This document shows positions 1-13,308 of a stretch of DNA of 64,000 nt, piece after piece. Made by a program: the position numbers and the translations under genes. This DNA is from Octopus vulgaris (taxonomy: Eukaryota): contig OX597819.1 in assembly GCA_951406725.2 (NCBI GenBank), positions 106,020,001 to 106,084,000 of the forward strand, in the 5' to 3' direction. Below the pieces are notes generated by a model, which saw only the letters and a list, made by a program, of their open reading frames with translations, was not told the DNA's origin and searched no databases. Position 1 is the stretch's first letter. Each line of letters starts with the position of its first letter.

Positions 1-609
1 GAAATTTATTATTGTCTAAGATTCAGTGAAGTGTAGAAGCAAAGTCACGAAGTTTTCTTGCCATTCTTCAATAGAGTTGTGTTTTCCTCAAATTCTCTAG
101 ACTTCATTATAATTTTTGCACATATCATTTGGAAAGTATTGCGGTCGTGTAAGATTCTCTCTTTTTAGGTCGTTCAGTGTCAGTCTTTAAAGTAATCAGC
201 CGAGTTTTCTGCTATATGAAATACATTACAAGGGTTAGCTTCTATGTATACAGGTACATATGAGAAAGCCCAGTACATACGTAAAATTGAGTCAAATTAT
301 GCATCCAATTCATAAATCTGCTTTGAATTACATGATAAATATATTGTCTATTGTCAAAGTTTGGACATGCATCCTCTCTGTTTTGCATTGTGAATATTTT
401 CACACAATCTTTGAATACCTCTTATTTAATTCTTACTTAATATCAATGGTTAATGATGATAGTTTGCATAAGGATTCTAAATATTTTTACCTTTTCTAAA
501 AGCTCTGATATGTCTAGTAACGAAGCAATTCTTTTCTAAATCCACGTGATGGATAAAATGGATAAAATAAAAAGGAAATGTCTTAAATATTTCGTTAGGA
601 CAAAAAATC

Positions 610-2100
610 TTGTTTTGTAATAAAATTGTTAAAGTAAGAGCTCGAATATAAGCGGGAGCATATTTTTTCGTTCGAGCTATTTTCAAATGACTGCATGTTG
701 CAGCCATACTGTAGCGTGCATACTTATAAAGAAGTTTATATATCCCTCTTAGTTTATCGCATTTACTGGCTTCTAGCAGCTCAAAGGAAATTATGGTAAA
801 TATCGTCAACGGCCATTGAACTGAACTCAGTTCCACAGATACGAAAATGGCTGCATGCATTGAACTGAACTCAGTTCTACTGAACTGAACTCAGTTGCAC
901 TGATACTAAAATGGCTGCATGCACCAGATAAATTGTGAATGGGGAGAATTATTCCATGGATAATTACTGCATAGAAATCGTAATACAATTTCGATTGTAG
1001 AATCAAATTTAAGTTGACTGCGTTTTCAACTAAGAAAAAAAAAAACATTAGTGTTTACTTTTAATCAAATATACATTTAAGACTTTCAAAAGAAATCTTA
1101 AATGCTTTGTCAGCAAACATATTCTCGCTTTCTGATAAAATTGTTAAATTAAGAATTCAAATGTAAATGGAAGCATGATTCTTTTTTGTCCAAAGCATTT
1201 TCTCTTGCTTCCAAGTTGTAGCCATTGTGTATGGGAATATATATTTAGACAAGGGAAATATACTGCTGATTCATCACATTCTTCTGGCTTCTATCAGCTT
1301 AACCGAATCAATGACAACTATCTTCAACTGTTACCGAAGTGAGTGTATTTCTACTGTAGCTAAATAACAGGTTTGGGATCCTTCTTTATTGCAGCCGTCA
1401 TTTTAATTGCGAAGGGGAAGTCTTGTTCCATAGATAGCTCTTGCACTGAAATCGAAATATAAATTCAATTGCAGAAGCAAATTTTAGCTCACTGCCTTTC
1501 TAATTAAGATAAATACAGTAGTATTTAACTTAATTCAAATATAATTTGGCCTTCCTTTGAGGTGAATCTTATACCAAATTGCGTATATGTAGTTGGAATT
1601 TAATATTATTCATTATAACGAAATAATCCGATTAAATATGATTCTTCCCCTCAGAAATAAGACAAATGAAGTATTAAAGTTGGTCACATATTAAATTAAG
1701 TTTTGTAACAAACATTAATTTACGCTCTTTAACTGGTCCTAGATCATCCAGTAGAAACTTCTCCTTTAAATAATTTGGTAAATTAATCAGGAAAATGTGT
1801 TTGTCTATTTTAATTAGGAAAGTTGGTGGACAATTCTTTTGATATTTGATAGCTTGCATCATTCTTTTAATGCCGATTATAATCGATCAACTCACTGCTG
1901 CTGCTTTACCGAAGTCTTCATTTTTACTAGAAGTTATGGAATGAGGCACTTCATTCGTCGACTTATTATGTCCATGTATCTTTCTCACAGTGTTGTAACT
2001 GTAAATCCCGAGGCATTTAATGTTTGTATGTTCCCTGGAAGACTTTATAAATTGGTCAATGAAAGTTGTTAGATAAGCACGTAACTTAACTCTTATGATA
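610..2100 (-). mobile_element. Highly decayed R4/Dong-like LINE fragments (including two diverged copies of the same RT C-terminal segment)
   Basis: 610-810 and 1128-1330 are diverged direct copies. The minus strand of the second reads QWLQLG...FYQK, resembling QWLRSSG...LLTRNYQ in the intact element at 26.3 kb. 1840-1900 minus reads IIIGIKRMM, resembling VIVGALGMI. Confidence 0.3.
815..923. repeat. Short tandem repeat of a hairpin motif TGAACTGAACTCAGTT
   Basis: Motif at 817, 861 and 881; AAAATGGCTGCATGCA occurs twice; GAACTGA/TCAGTTC is self-complementary. Confidence 0.85.
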
Positions 2101-3267
2101 TTTATTGTAATTCCAATATTTTTTCAGCATTCTGTTTTTCTTTTCTTTTTTGTTTAGTTTTAGAAAAAAAACTCCATTGTCAGCTAAAGCTTTGTGGTCT
2201 TTCTTTAATTCAATAAGTAAAAGCAATATAATAGACTACTGAACACTAATCAATTTCAAAATTACAACCAAATTGATTTATTTTGAAAGAGAGATAACCC
2301 CCACGATACAGCTTAGTTGAGAAATAAAACAAACATTCTCTTTGTCTTCGTTTACATTGCTTCTTATTGCTGAATGGATGTGTCCCATCGAACTTGTCGG
2401 GTAATAAAAGAAGTGTAATCGGTATAGAAGTCTCTTTTTGTAAACTATGGAGTGTGTATACAATTGACAAATAAAAAAAAAATCAGTTTGCAACGACCCG
2501 TTAATATAAGAATGTTTTCTTTGTGAAGAAATTGCTTTATTAAGTTTTATTGCGAACATTGATAGCGTGCACTTTTCACCTGGTCGAGTATCATACAAAA
2601 TATGTTTTTCCTCTTTAAATGTTAACTAACAAACTCTTCTGCTATTCGTCTTTGTCTGTCCCACCGTTTTGTTTTCTTATTGTTTGGTAGATAAATTCTA
2701 TTTTTAAGGCATATTGAACACACACACATACAGCCACACAGACACTTACGCACACAGATATTAATAAAAACAACAAGTTGCAATGTTTTACTGTATAGTA
2801 AAGTCAACAAAATGTGACTAAGGGTGTCAAAACATTTCCATTGACAGAAATAGCTAAAGTGTTTGGAGAATTTTAGCTCTTATTTCTAGCAATGTTGGTG
2901 CCTTGATACCCTCAGTTACGTTTAGTTGACGACTATAATTCTCCTTGTATGTATATATATATGTGTGTGTGCGTGCGTGTGCGTTTGTGCATGTGTGTAC
3001 ACACTTACAGATACACAGAAACAGGCAGAAACACACACACACGCAAACACACAGACACATACACAAACACAGACACACACACGCACACTCACGCAAACAC
3101 ACACACACACATACACACACGCATGCATGCTAACCGGAGAATTTGGCTCCAATTTATCGATTGCATCTTGTTTGATAATAACATTTATCTGCATATGCAC
3201 TGAGCGAGACCACGTGCAAATTTCTTTTACTAATGTTCCGGACTCACGAATGTCTTGTGAACGAATT

Positions 3268-3530
3268 TAGTAGAAGGAAACTGTGTTGAAGCCCGTTAAA
3301 TCTATATATATATAAATATCCAGCGAGAGAGAAAAAAGTGATTTGTGTTTGCGAGTGTGTGTGTTCGCGTATGTGTGTATATGTATGTATCTCTATGTTA
3401 GCCTGTATCCCTCCACTGCTTGAAAAGCCTTGTTGGTTTGTTTATGTGCCTGTAAGTTAACAGTTCGGCAAAAGAGACCGATACAATAAGTATCAGATAG
3501 ACATTGAAATATATACTACAGTCGATTTAT
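3268..3530 (+). mobile_element. Decayed 3' half of tRNA-derived SINE (family of 55119-55500)
   Basis: GTAGAAGGAAACTG...GTTCGGCAAAAGAGACCGATACAATAAGTA matches copies at 13.3, 55.1 and 61.2 kb. Confidence 0.7.
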
Positions 3531-3642
3531 TCCAGTAAATCATTTAAGATGTTGTCACATGTGCACAATCCAAAACTGAAACATGTAAAAGATATAAATT
3601 GAAACATAAACACATACATACATACATACATACATACATACA

Positions 3643-3676
<34 letters not shown>

Positions 3677-3677
3677 C

Positions 3678-4235
3678 ATGGTGGCTGCCCCCTCGTTATC
3701 GCGTATGGCCATTGCACGAAGCTTAATCAATGTTGTTATCGTGCAATGCCTGTGCAAGAAGATTTTTTTTATGTGAAGAAAGGCTGTGTACTGAGTCAAT
3801 CCCACTCACTAAGCAACAGCAGCCATAATCCGAAAAGAAGAACAAGTCAACATCATCGGTAGCCACAGAGCCGCAGGTTTTATATCGGAGTTATCCCAGT
3901 TACCTGAGTTACCTTCTCCTACAAAGATGCCCTAACAAAGGCTAGGAGTCCTTCAGTCCCAATGGTTTAACTGCGCGATCGGGTGTTCAGTCCGATTATT
4001 TCTATGTCCCGCGCATGATACAGCCTTAAGACATTTATTGGATGGCCGTTGACTCTCAAGAGTTCCTCCGCCCTTTGACGGGTTTTGTTTTTCATCCCAC
4101 AGGGTGTCCACTAAACACCCTCCTCACTAAGCAAGTTTAGTTGGGTTGTCAGTTTAGTCGCCGACGACCCGACCATGCAACAGGTTGTACTGGGTTACAT
4201 GTTACCAGTAGCACTCGAAAGTGACCTGACATAAC
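3678..4235 (-). mobile_element. GC-richer interspersed repeat between (CATA)n tracts, possibly RTE-clade LINE 5' UTR fragments
   Basis: Abrupt composition change, bounded by CATA microsatellite, no ORF. The family assignment is from recollection of similar repeats only. Confidence 0.3.
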
Positions 4236-4386
4236 ATACATACATACATACGTACATATATAAAATATAACAGTTAATAATGTAAATCGTACTGGAAGTG
4301 TTTCATATCGGATTATCCTTTTCTGCTGCAAATAATATCAACATATATAAGGTTATTTCAGAACGATGATTTCTTTCGTTTACAAT

Positions 4387-4649
4387 TTTACCCTTTAGAA
4401 TACAGATTACTCTGTCTCATGTAACGCTTATTTATTCATATAATTTTGAATTAATCGTGCATTATCTCATAGCTTTAAGATTTCAATGATTTGATTGTTT
4501 ATTCTTGCAATGATATTCTAATGTGTGTATGTGTGTGTGTGCACACACATACACACATATACACACACGCGGGAAGCAGGATCCGGCCAGTTTGACCGAA
4601 AAACATGTAGAGCATTTAAGTTTGATATATCCAAATGATAAAGGGTTAA
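4387..4649. mobile_element. piggyBac-like MITE
   Basis: Termini TTTA-CCCTTTA ... TAAAGGG-TTAA (CCCTTT TIR ends, TTAA-like target duplication); no coding capacity. Confidence 0.55.
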
Positions 4650-5711
4650 GTATGTCGCTTGTACCATTACAATAGCCCATTTCGGTATCGAAATCATGAG
4701 AACGCCAGAATAATTTTTAAGCACATTATAAAATGAGAAACACAAAGGAGAATTCTCTGTCTTAGAGAGAAAAGCGGTATTCTTCACAATAGCTCTCTCA
4801 CGCTAAACAAAAGAAGCAATCTGATTTGAATCTGCTTACATATGCTCAAATTATTTTTCTATAATTTCATACAAGCCCTCCGGATGAATGATAAATGACT
4901 GTTGAATTTCACGATCACGTGAACACCGAATAACCAGCGACCGAAATTTAAGCAAAAGGAATTTCATCTCAATTCACTGATTGCACATCCTGTTAAAAGG
5001 CAGTTTGAACTAAGCTATAGTTTGGAAATATAATGAATATTTAACTTACACATGAATAAATATACATGTGCATGTGTCATTTTCCACTTTTCTGTTAACA
5101 TCCATGATTTACAAATATATTTATATGCACAAATCCTTATATCAATATATACATATACTGGTATACTGCCACGTACTGTATACGTAAGTTCTAAATATAT
5201 TTGTTAAATTCAATATACAATATAGTAAGATGAAATGGCAAACATAAGGCAATCATATTACATCAGAATACACGTTGCATTTAAAAGCAATATTTAACAC
5301 AATATATAATGTTCTATATCTAAAGAGCGGAAAACTTAAATTTAGAACAGCGGTTGTAGATTTCTTATGTAGAGAGAGGGAGAGAGAGGGAGGAGGGAAT
5401 TTGGTAAAAACATTCTAGAATGCTCTGCAAAGCTCGTCCAAAGTCATTGGTTACCTGATGTCATCCTATAGTGGAAATACCCCTGTTACTAGATATATAT
5501 CAGGAACCTCACAGTAACCGTAGTTTATATACGTAGACAGCTGATAGAAAATGGAAGGACATACGTTATTTAGATCACTACAATCGTTTCGACACCTTGT
5601 TTTGCACCTGTAGTTCATCGGTGCATGTTTTCTTCTTTTATCATACTATATCAATTTCTCTCAGGTTTTTAAAAATAGCTAAATGAATCTTAGAATAATA
5701 TATGTGGGACA

Positions 5712-5945
<234 letters not shown>

Positions 5946-6068
5946 TCTGGTTGTCTATCTGCCGTCTGTCTGCATGTGATATACAAACTTATGGATTAAA
6001 TAGAATATATCCACATACAAGTTTGATATGTATATATAGTTCAGTAAAATGTAGATACAGTTGAATAT

Positions 6069-6128
<60 letters not shown>

Positions 6129-6141
6129 ATTTTATAGAAGG

Positions 6142-6192
6142 AGCTTCTACAGGACTAGAACTGTTTCATTCAAATGAAATCATCAGGAAGCT
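6142..6192 (-). ncRNA. Type I hammerhead ribozyme motif
   Basis: Minus strand: AGCUUC-CUGAUGA-UUUCAUUUGAAU-GAAA-CAG(UUCUAGUC)CUG-UA-GAAGCU. It has a 6-bp stem I, the canonical core and a GUA cleavage triplet. Confidence 0.8.
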
Positions 6193-6569
6193 TGGCGTCA
6201 AGAATAGTTTTGGCATTTATACACTTAGGCAGATTTGATGGGGTGGTGGTGGGGGACTTTTTTGGGGTAGGCAGGGCACAAACTGTCTTTCTTAGGGGAG
6301 TGGTCAAAAGAATCAGTGATAAAGTAGATAAATGAATAAATAGAATAATAGAATAGTGTTTTAGGTAAATAGGAAGACTATTGCTTATATATATATATAT
6401 ATATATATAGTCAAAATTAGTCACAAGGATATCCAGAGGTAGCTTATTTTTATTGTAATCACTCCATTTTAAATTATATGGATAATACTATACCAAATTC
6501 TGGTGCCTTTATCTTAAGTACCATATTCAACTGTATCTAAATTTTACTGAACTATATATATATATATAA

Positions 6570-7225
6570 TTTCAACAATTGAGGGTAAAATTAATTAATT
6601 ATTAATCAATTTCACCAAGTGTTCAGTATGCAAAGGGACCATTTAAGGCGAATTCAAATTATTACATTATATAAAAGGGCTTAGTAAAATAAATTACTTT
6701 GCCGCATACTGAACTCATTAGAAATAGCAGCTAAAAAACTTTTTTAAAGCTATTTCTAATACTTAAAGAAAATCTCTCTCATATATAGTGTTTGCTTAAT
6801 TCAACTCACAAAAGTTTGGGGGTAAGGACATTAAAAAATCAAATGCTAAGGTTATTTGAGAACGTACGTTTCAAGATTAGTCAAGATTTGGGTTTGTTGG
6901 CACTGTTAGTTACGAGCGGATCTTCGAAAGGGTATGTTCTTACTTTCAGTGTTTCCAAATCCAAACCAAGGAGTTTCTGAGCTGATGATAGAAATGTTTT
7001 TTTGACTAATCTTGAAACGTACGTTCTCAAATAACCTTAGCATTTGATTTTTTAATGTCCTTACCCCCAAACTTTTGTGAGTTGAATTAAGCAAACACTA
7101 TATATGAGAGAGATTTTCTTTAAGTATTAGAAATAGCTTTAAAAAAGTTTTTTAGCTGCTATTTCTAATGAGTTCAGTATGCGGCAAAGTAATTTATTTT
7201 ACTAAGCCCTTTTATATAATGTAAT
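6570..7225. mobile_element. (TA)n-flanked inverted-repeat element (PLE-type inverted terminal structure, non-coding)
   Basis: Arms 6661-6884 and 7002-7225 (224 bp, identical by eye), 117-bp spacer, ~90-bp unpaired extension on the left, TA tracts both sides. Confidence 0.85.
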
Positions 7226-7744
7226 TATATATATATATATATATCAAACTTGTATGTGGATTACGTCTAGAGTAGGAATATTTGTTAGAAATATATGTGT
7301 CCATATATACATCGGTGTATGTGGATATATTCTATTTAATCCATATGTTTGTATATCATATTATGTCATATTTCACTTAATTGTATCGTATTATATTGTC
7401 TATATCTGTTTTATAAACACTTAGAATGCATATAAGAATATTCATAGTGCATATACAAATAGATATATGAATGTACCTTTTATATTTATTTTACTTTATT
7501 CTATTGTGCCTCTTGGAATAATAAGTGTCTATATAAGAAACTGATATTTGTGCATATATAAATGTATATATATACATATATAACTGTATATGTATGGGAA
7601 AATATAAATGTAGATATGGATATATACATGCATATGTATGGGAAACCATGAGAAACAGTCTCTTCTTTCACTTATCTTGGTTCCATTGTATCCAACGATG
7701 CGAAGTTGGATAAAGTAATTGTATATATGAAATAATCATTTAGA

Positions 7745-7940
7745 TAGATGGCCTGAAATTTGTGGAAAATGGGTAGTAGTTGATTCCATCGACCCTAGTC
7801 TTTCACTGTGACTTATTTCATCAGCCAGTCCCCAATAGATAAAAGGCAAAGTCGACATGGGCGGAATTTGTACTCAGAAAGAATAAAGTTTTGTAAAGCA
7901 TTTTTTCGGCGTATTAAGGGATTTGCCATCTCGCCGGCTT
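7745..7940 (-). mobile_element. SINE with Meta-domain-like core (family of 28805-29017)
   Basis: AAAGGCAAAGTCGAC..GGCGGAATTTG.ACTCAGAA...CTCGCCGGCTT is the reverse complement of the 28.8-kb copy. Confidence 0.65.
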
Positions 7941-8108
7941 ATATATATATATATATATATATATAGATAGATATATACATATAATACGTGAAGTTTCCTA
8001 GTTCTAGTTACCTAATGTATGAAACTACCTAGAGGGTGAAGTTCCTGCTTGTTTTCTAAGTATATTGCGTACTTTTCTAAGAAAACTGATTTGTACACGT
8101 GGCACATT

Positions 8109-9012
8109 TACGTGGTCTGATCAATAAGCGTCCGTACTGTTGCTGTCCCTACTCTCCGTAATGAAGCTAAAGCACGCAGAGTGAATCCGCTTCGCAAAGA
8201 TTGACCTTGAACTCTGCTGTGTATGCGCTCTAGGTTCTAACGTTCTAGCTCAATTTCGCTGTTCACAGCAGTGTTTGGAAGGAGGGTATGTAGCGTGTGA
8301 TCGTCGTATTGAGCAAGACAGAGAAAGTTGAGCAGATAATCTGCATCAAATTTTGCAAAAAGCTTGGCGATACATGTTCTGAGGCATAGACAAAGTTTTC
8401 AAAATATTTTCATCGTTCTTGACACAATCAAGGAGATCTTGAGCAACTGAAACCCGACTGTCATTTTGGTCAGCTGAAAGTAGTTTTGACACGGACTTGG
8501 TAGACATGCGTCTCGTACCCAAACCTTCAGTGATAATGGACTGAAATAAACCGTAACTAATCAGCACATCCTCTAATAACTCACGGATAGGGATTCAACA
8601 ATTCCCCCTCACAGCTGCACGCACATCCAGGATGTTCTCTTAGTTCTTCTGGTCGCATGTTTCCTAGGATGTTTGCCACTATCGACATTTTTTCATCCAT
8701 TCTGGAAACGTCTGACCCAATTGTATATTTGTATGCGGCTCATACACTCCTCTCCATACACTTTCTGCAACTTGATATAGGCCTCTGAGCAGGTCACTAT
8801 GACAACATTCTCTGTCTTCGTCAATATGACGACCACACGTTTCACGCATGACTTCGAAGGACTGCTGTAAACAACGGAAGTGAGCTAGAACGTTAAAACT
8901 TAGTGCACACTCACAGCATATCATGGTCAATCTGTGTCAGGCAGCTTTACTCTGCGTGCTTTATCTTCGTTACTATGGCAACAATCTGGATACTTATTGA
9001 TGAGATCTCGTG
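8109..9012. mobile_element. Foldback mariner derivative built from two left ends
   Basis: Long inverted arms (~8110-8330 / ~8810-9012). Transposase N-terminus on + (TEKVEQxICIKFC...KLGDTCSE, ~8317-8385) and on - (TCSEAYIKLQKVYGEECMSRIQIYNWVRRF, ~8790-8700). Confidence 0.75.
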
Positions 9013-9839
9013 CATGAAAAGCTCACTGCATGAAGTGATATTTTGTACCGATTTGTTTTAGCTCTTGATAGGATTATAACACAAAGTGCCACTCTATGAC
9101 CATTCATTCATTCTGGTGTATTTTCCAAATGCTTAATTTTATATATTCTATCTTTCATTTTGTCAAAGTGCATCGAGTACTATATTCCACAGTCTATCAT
9201 CTTTGGTTTAAAACTATAGTGTGAGATTTTCCCGCCATTTAAAAATATGTGTGCCCATGTAAATGATACCCTGCTGACTCAAGTCCCCGCAACGACACAT
9301 ACTTAACGACATGTAACTCCAGTAATTTCATTCCTGTTCGAAATGTCATGAATTCGAACCAATATTCTGAAAATATTTTAAGACACAGTAGTGAAGTATG
9401 TGTAATGTACACCCAGTCAGATTGCTAATGTTATGCAGAGTAATATTATATGTGACATATAGCAATATTTCTGCGATTCAATTCGAAAACAGTCGCCAAC
9501 GCTTTCGCCACAAAACTTTAATATTTGGTTGTAAAAATAAACACAAAACGAACAGTAACACATTCTAAGAAAAAAACTATTACTTGAAAATTATTTTTTC
9601 TAAAATTCACTTTGAATGATTTTAAAAAATAGTTTTCTCGCTTGCTGAAATTTTTACAGACGTATATCTTTTCTAATTATGAGCATTCATGCGAAAAACT
9701 TTTAAAAAAAACCCTGCATCTATATTAACAAATGCGGCATCTGATTCCAGTAAGATAATTGTGCAAACAACACCTACATACCTGGAAAAAGATTATGTGT
9801 ATTCACGCGACAGAGAAAGTGTAATTATCTATGCAGACA

Positions 9840-9884
<45 letters not shown>

Positions 9885-9931
9885 ACACAGACACAGACAC
9901 ACGCGCAGACACACACACACAAACACACACA

Positions 9932-9967
<36 letters not shown>

Positions 9968-11228
9968 AGCTTAGACGTTTCTCAGGTCAATGGTAATATT
10001 CTCATTGAGCAGAACTTTACTTCTTAGTTGGCGAAAGAAAATGATGACTAAGCAGTATTTTGAAGAAACTTTCAAGAAATAGGGCGCGAAAATAATAACC
10101 TGCGGTTTAGAATTAATTTTCTATGAAAATATTATTATTTTATCTTTGTTATCAATCACGATGATACTTTCTGATGTTTCGATTTAAGTGGCCTCGTCGG
10201 TGATACATATTCATCTCGAGTCTACTAGATCAGTGGGAATAGAAACAGATATGAACAATTTTCGCCAGCAGTAATGTGTAGTATATAAAGAAAGATGATT
10301 TAAGGGAAATAAATCAAGCAAACAAAAGACATAAATATGGATCGGACTGGGGTTAAATATAATAAATGTCGAACTCACTGAGTGATACACACATAAGTAT
10401 AATACACCAGATCAAGAATGAATTAAAATATTAGAAAACCTTAGTTTAAGAAGAAATTATGAGAATATAAAGACATTTATGTTATGGTTTCCATGCGCAC
10501 AGCTGAGATAAGGCATACTGTATATACTTTCCTGATAGACCTCGTAGAATCTACCACTGAAATTTAGCAGTCATAAATTTAGTTATAACTGTACTGGACA
10601 CATTAACAAGCATATTTTAGTTTTGAGGACTCGTCATTAATGAAACAATATGTGCGTGTGTTTCTGTGTGAATGTTTGTATATCTGTGTGTGAGGAGGTA
10701 GGTATGTGTGTTTATGTGTTTGTATTTATGCATGTATGCGTGTATATGCTCGCAGAAGTTTAATCCGTACCCGTGAATCCGACAATACGTATGCAGTTTC
10801 ATGTGAAGACATCATCACGCAATCACGCGCATACACATACAAATACGGACATATAGCTATATGTATGTATGTATGTACGTATGTATGTATGTATGTATGT
10901 ATGTATCTATGATCGTCTGTTGAGTCACCAGAAGCGATAAATTACAGGACTCAGTACAAAATGTAGAATATTCTTTTGGGCATTATAACAGAGAGGCATC
11001 GATTTCCAGTAATTAGAGTCGCTCGTTTCTCGTATTCAGCTGGAAAATTGAGGCCGGTCCATTTTTGAATATTAGCTGCCTGTATATTGTTTGAAAAATG
11101 AAATGAGACTGTGCATACATAAAAATATGCATACAGTGTTTATTCAAAAGAAAACACGGGTTGGTTTACCTGCTGATGATTAGAAACGAGTAATTCCGAG
11201 TGCTGGAAATCGCAACCTTTCACTTATG

Positions 11229-12478
11229 TATTAGGTCATCAAGTGTGAAATTTGTAGGAAAGAAGAAAAGTTTGCTAATGTTTTAGAAATGCAAGAAATA
11301 GTTTTATCCATCAAAGTATGCACCCATTTTGTAAATACACTTTTACCATTTCAGCGGTAGCTTGTCCAAACCAGATGTATAAATGCCTGGCAATCTAGAG
11401 TCAATAAAATATTGGAAGGCCTGTTTTACAACATCGTCGGAATTATTTTTTTCACTATCAAAAAGTTATCCAAATTCTGGAAGAAGTGGTACTCAGTGAG
11501 AGAATGATCAGGTGAGTATGGTGGATGATGGAGAACTTCCAACTTCAGCACCTGTAGCTTCGTCAATGTCATTTTTGCGATGCGTGGTCTGGCATTGTCT
11601 TGTAATAAAATAGGAGTGGATCTGTTGACTAATCGAGGCTGTTTTTTTTTGTAAGTTTGTGCATCATTTTGGTCCAGTTGGCCACAGTATACTTCGGCCG
11701 TGATTGATCACCCAGGTTTAATGAAATCTTAATGGATCACACCTGCGCCAGACTACCAAATACGCACCAGGTGCTTCTTTTGATGAATTTTGTTTTTTGG
11801 ACTGTGTTTTGATGATTCGTTTTTGTTCAACCATTGCGCTGAACGTATACGGTTGTATTGGATCCATTTCTCATCGCAAGAAATTAGCATCCTGTGGGCT
11901 TCCAAACGTTGCTGTTTCTGATTTTCATTGAGTTCATGTGGAATCCACTTATCCAACTTTTTCACTTTACCAATTTGAACTAGGTGTGTCAATATTGTTT
12001 GCTTGCTAACAACAGACAACAACGATAATTAACAGGTACTCTGGGATGAATCTGACTCGACTGTGGCTTTCAGTTCATCATTATCCACCTTGGTTTCTGG
12101 TCGACCGCGTTGATCATTAGTGAGATCAAAGATACCAGAACGAAATTTTGCAAACCAATTTGACACTATCTGGTGTGTAATAAAATCAGACTGAAATACT
12201 CCATTAATATTCCGAGCTGTCTGTGATACTGTATTTCCGAGAAAGAACTGATATTTCAAAACTCTATCAATTTCCAACTTATCCATCTCTAAACAAAAAT
12301 AGCAAAAGCGATTTATAAATACTTTCTAAAGCGCAAAATAAGTTACAGCAAAGAAATAGATGTGTCAGTATTCTAATAAAAAAATAAAGATAGTCAAAAT
12401 ATAATAATGGCGCAAAATGAGCAGCTGTCAAATTTTACCATATGCCTTTCTACAAATTTTATACTTGACGATTTAACA
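11229..12478 (-). mobile_element. Full-length decayed mariner (DD34D) transposon
   Basis: ~28-bp imperfect TIRs (11231-11258 / 12450-12478). ORF pieces contain the HTH region, RGRP, WIPHEL, CDEKW and HPPYSPD..EYHFF. Confidence 0.9.
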
Positions 12479-12488
12479 TTTTCAAACA

Positions 12489-12534
<46 letters not shown>

Positions 12535-12584
12535 ACACGCACACGTACGCACGCGCGCGCACACACACACACACACACATACGT

Positions 12585-13185
12585 AGTGCATCTGGTTCAA
12601 ACTTCGGCAAACTATTTGGGCGGATACAGTCTTTCCACTAAGAGAAGACATTTTCTGGGCCAAAGACGAAGTGATACGATGCCTGCAATCCATCACGTAA
12701 CGGTGAATGTATCGAATATCACACGCAGTTAAATTAGAAGGTTGACCAAGACGATGTTTGTGGCTTAGCCGTCCCGTAGCTTTATACTACTCTATTACTT
12801 GGGCAAATATGTTTACGCTAGTAGGTATTCGTTTGCTAATTAACTTGTATCCTGATCCATTTTCTTAAAATCTCCAGACAATCCTTTTCCTTTTGGTGCC
12901 ATTTTAATCAAAATAAAGATTTTTACCACGGTACACAAATCAGAATTCCTGCAGATGCAATAGCAATGTCTGATACAAAAATACCAGGAGAAATAATTTA
13001 TTAGAATTGAAATTACTAGCAATATCTGAATTTAGTAAAAAGAGTGGATAAAGTATTGAATATAGCAAATTTCCTTTAAGGTGTACATATTTTTGTAACA
13101 TGTGACAATTAATATTTCTTTCATATCTTTGAATATGTTTATCGTTTTGTGTTCCAAATTTGTATAATGTTTGCACGTATAATAT
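12585..13185 (-). mobile_element. Tc1-like transposon 5' fragment
   Basis: MAPKGKGLS start, then RLGQPSNLTACDIRYI...LSGKTVSAQIVCRSL (paired-like DNA-binding region); truncated at (CA)n. Confidence 0.7.
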
Positions 13186-13308
13186 ATTTTATTCAGTATA
13201 AACTTCGTTTGATTTCCTTCGATGTTAGCAGAGTAATGGCAATTTTACTGAAAATTTTCAAGAATGCACATACTTCTGTGAGACACTGTATATATGTATA
13301 TATAAGTA

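Noticed and set aside
5570-5640. Partial hammerhead on minus strand (CCGAUGA...GUCGAAACGAUUGUAGUG)
   Set aside because: Core is imperfect and stems I/II cannot be assigned confidently.
6792-7094. Twin ORFs starting MLNSTHKSLG on both strands
   Set aside because: A by-product of the perfect inverted repeat; non-ATG start, no recognisable protein.
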